Source of the DNA: Octopus bimaculoides
Taxonomy: Eukaryota
Direction of reading: 5' to 3'
Length of the DNA stretch: 64,000 bases
Assembly (NCBI RefSeq): GCF_001194135.2
Contig: NC_068997.1
Span: forward strand, 14,239,234 to 14,303,233
The position numbers were made by a program, and so were the translations under genes. Shown here piece after piece: positions 63,650 through 64,000 of this stretch. Position 1 is the first letter of the stretch; each line of letters opens with the position of its first letter. The notes under the pieces are model-generated. The model saw only the letters and a list, made by a program, of their open reading frames with translations, searched no databases and was not told the DNA's origin.

Positions 63650-64000
63650 AGTTTGTGTGTGTATGTTTGTGAGTGTATGTTTGTTTGTTTGTGTGTGTGT
63701 ATGTGTGAGGAGAGAGAAACAGGGTAACTAGATAATGAAAATCAATAACACTTCCCATTTCTGAATAATATATATGTGCGTATATAAATGTGTATGTAAG
63801 TGTGTATGCATGTGTGTGTGTGTGTATAAGTGCGAATGTGTATTTGTAAGTGAGAGTGCTTATGACAAATTTAAAATAAACACAAAATCATTATTAAACA
63901 AAATTGGTAGATAACAGCAACAAATAATCTAATAATAATGATAATAATAATAATTAATGAAATAATCGCAGTAACAAGAACAACATTAATAATAAAGGTA

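Overview
AT-rich, gap-containing eukaryotic genomic DNA dominated by (TA)n/(CA)n/(GA)n/trinucleotide microsatellites, tRNA-derived SINEs, decayed RTE-like LINE, Penelope-like and mariner fragments, and hAT/piggyBac-like MITEs. The repeat repertoire resembles that of octopod cephalopods (inference; not verified). The only well-supported protein-coding feature is one the supplied ORF track missed because it runs off the window edge: a stop-free minus-strand frame from ATG 1347 to base 1 (>=449 aa) whose C-terminal part is a tandem array of 44-aa (132-nt) repeats. Several strong minus-strand splice acceptors (1414, 6171, 6507, 9116, 9420, 44202, 55180) hint at a larger intron-rich gene that I cannot assemble or name. 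The most unusual non-coding signal is a set of type I hammerhead-ribozyme-like motifs: one (51767-51809) at the apex of a ~130-nt fold-back, resembling a retrozyme/Penelope-type element, and related minimal motifs at 22236 and 56961 plus a decayed one at 22021, just downstream of a Penelope-like GIY-YIG remnant. Nearly all supplied ORFs are microsatellite or N-gap artefacts. All translations and alignments were done by eye; repeat boundaries are approximate.
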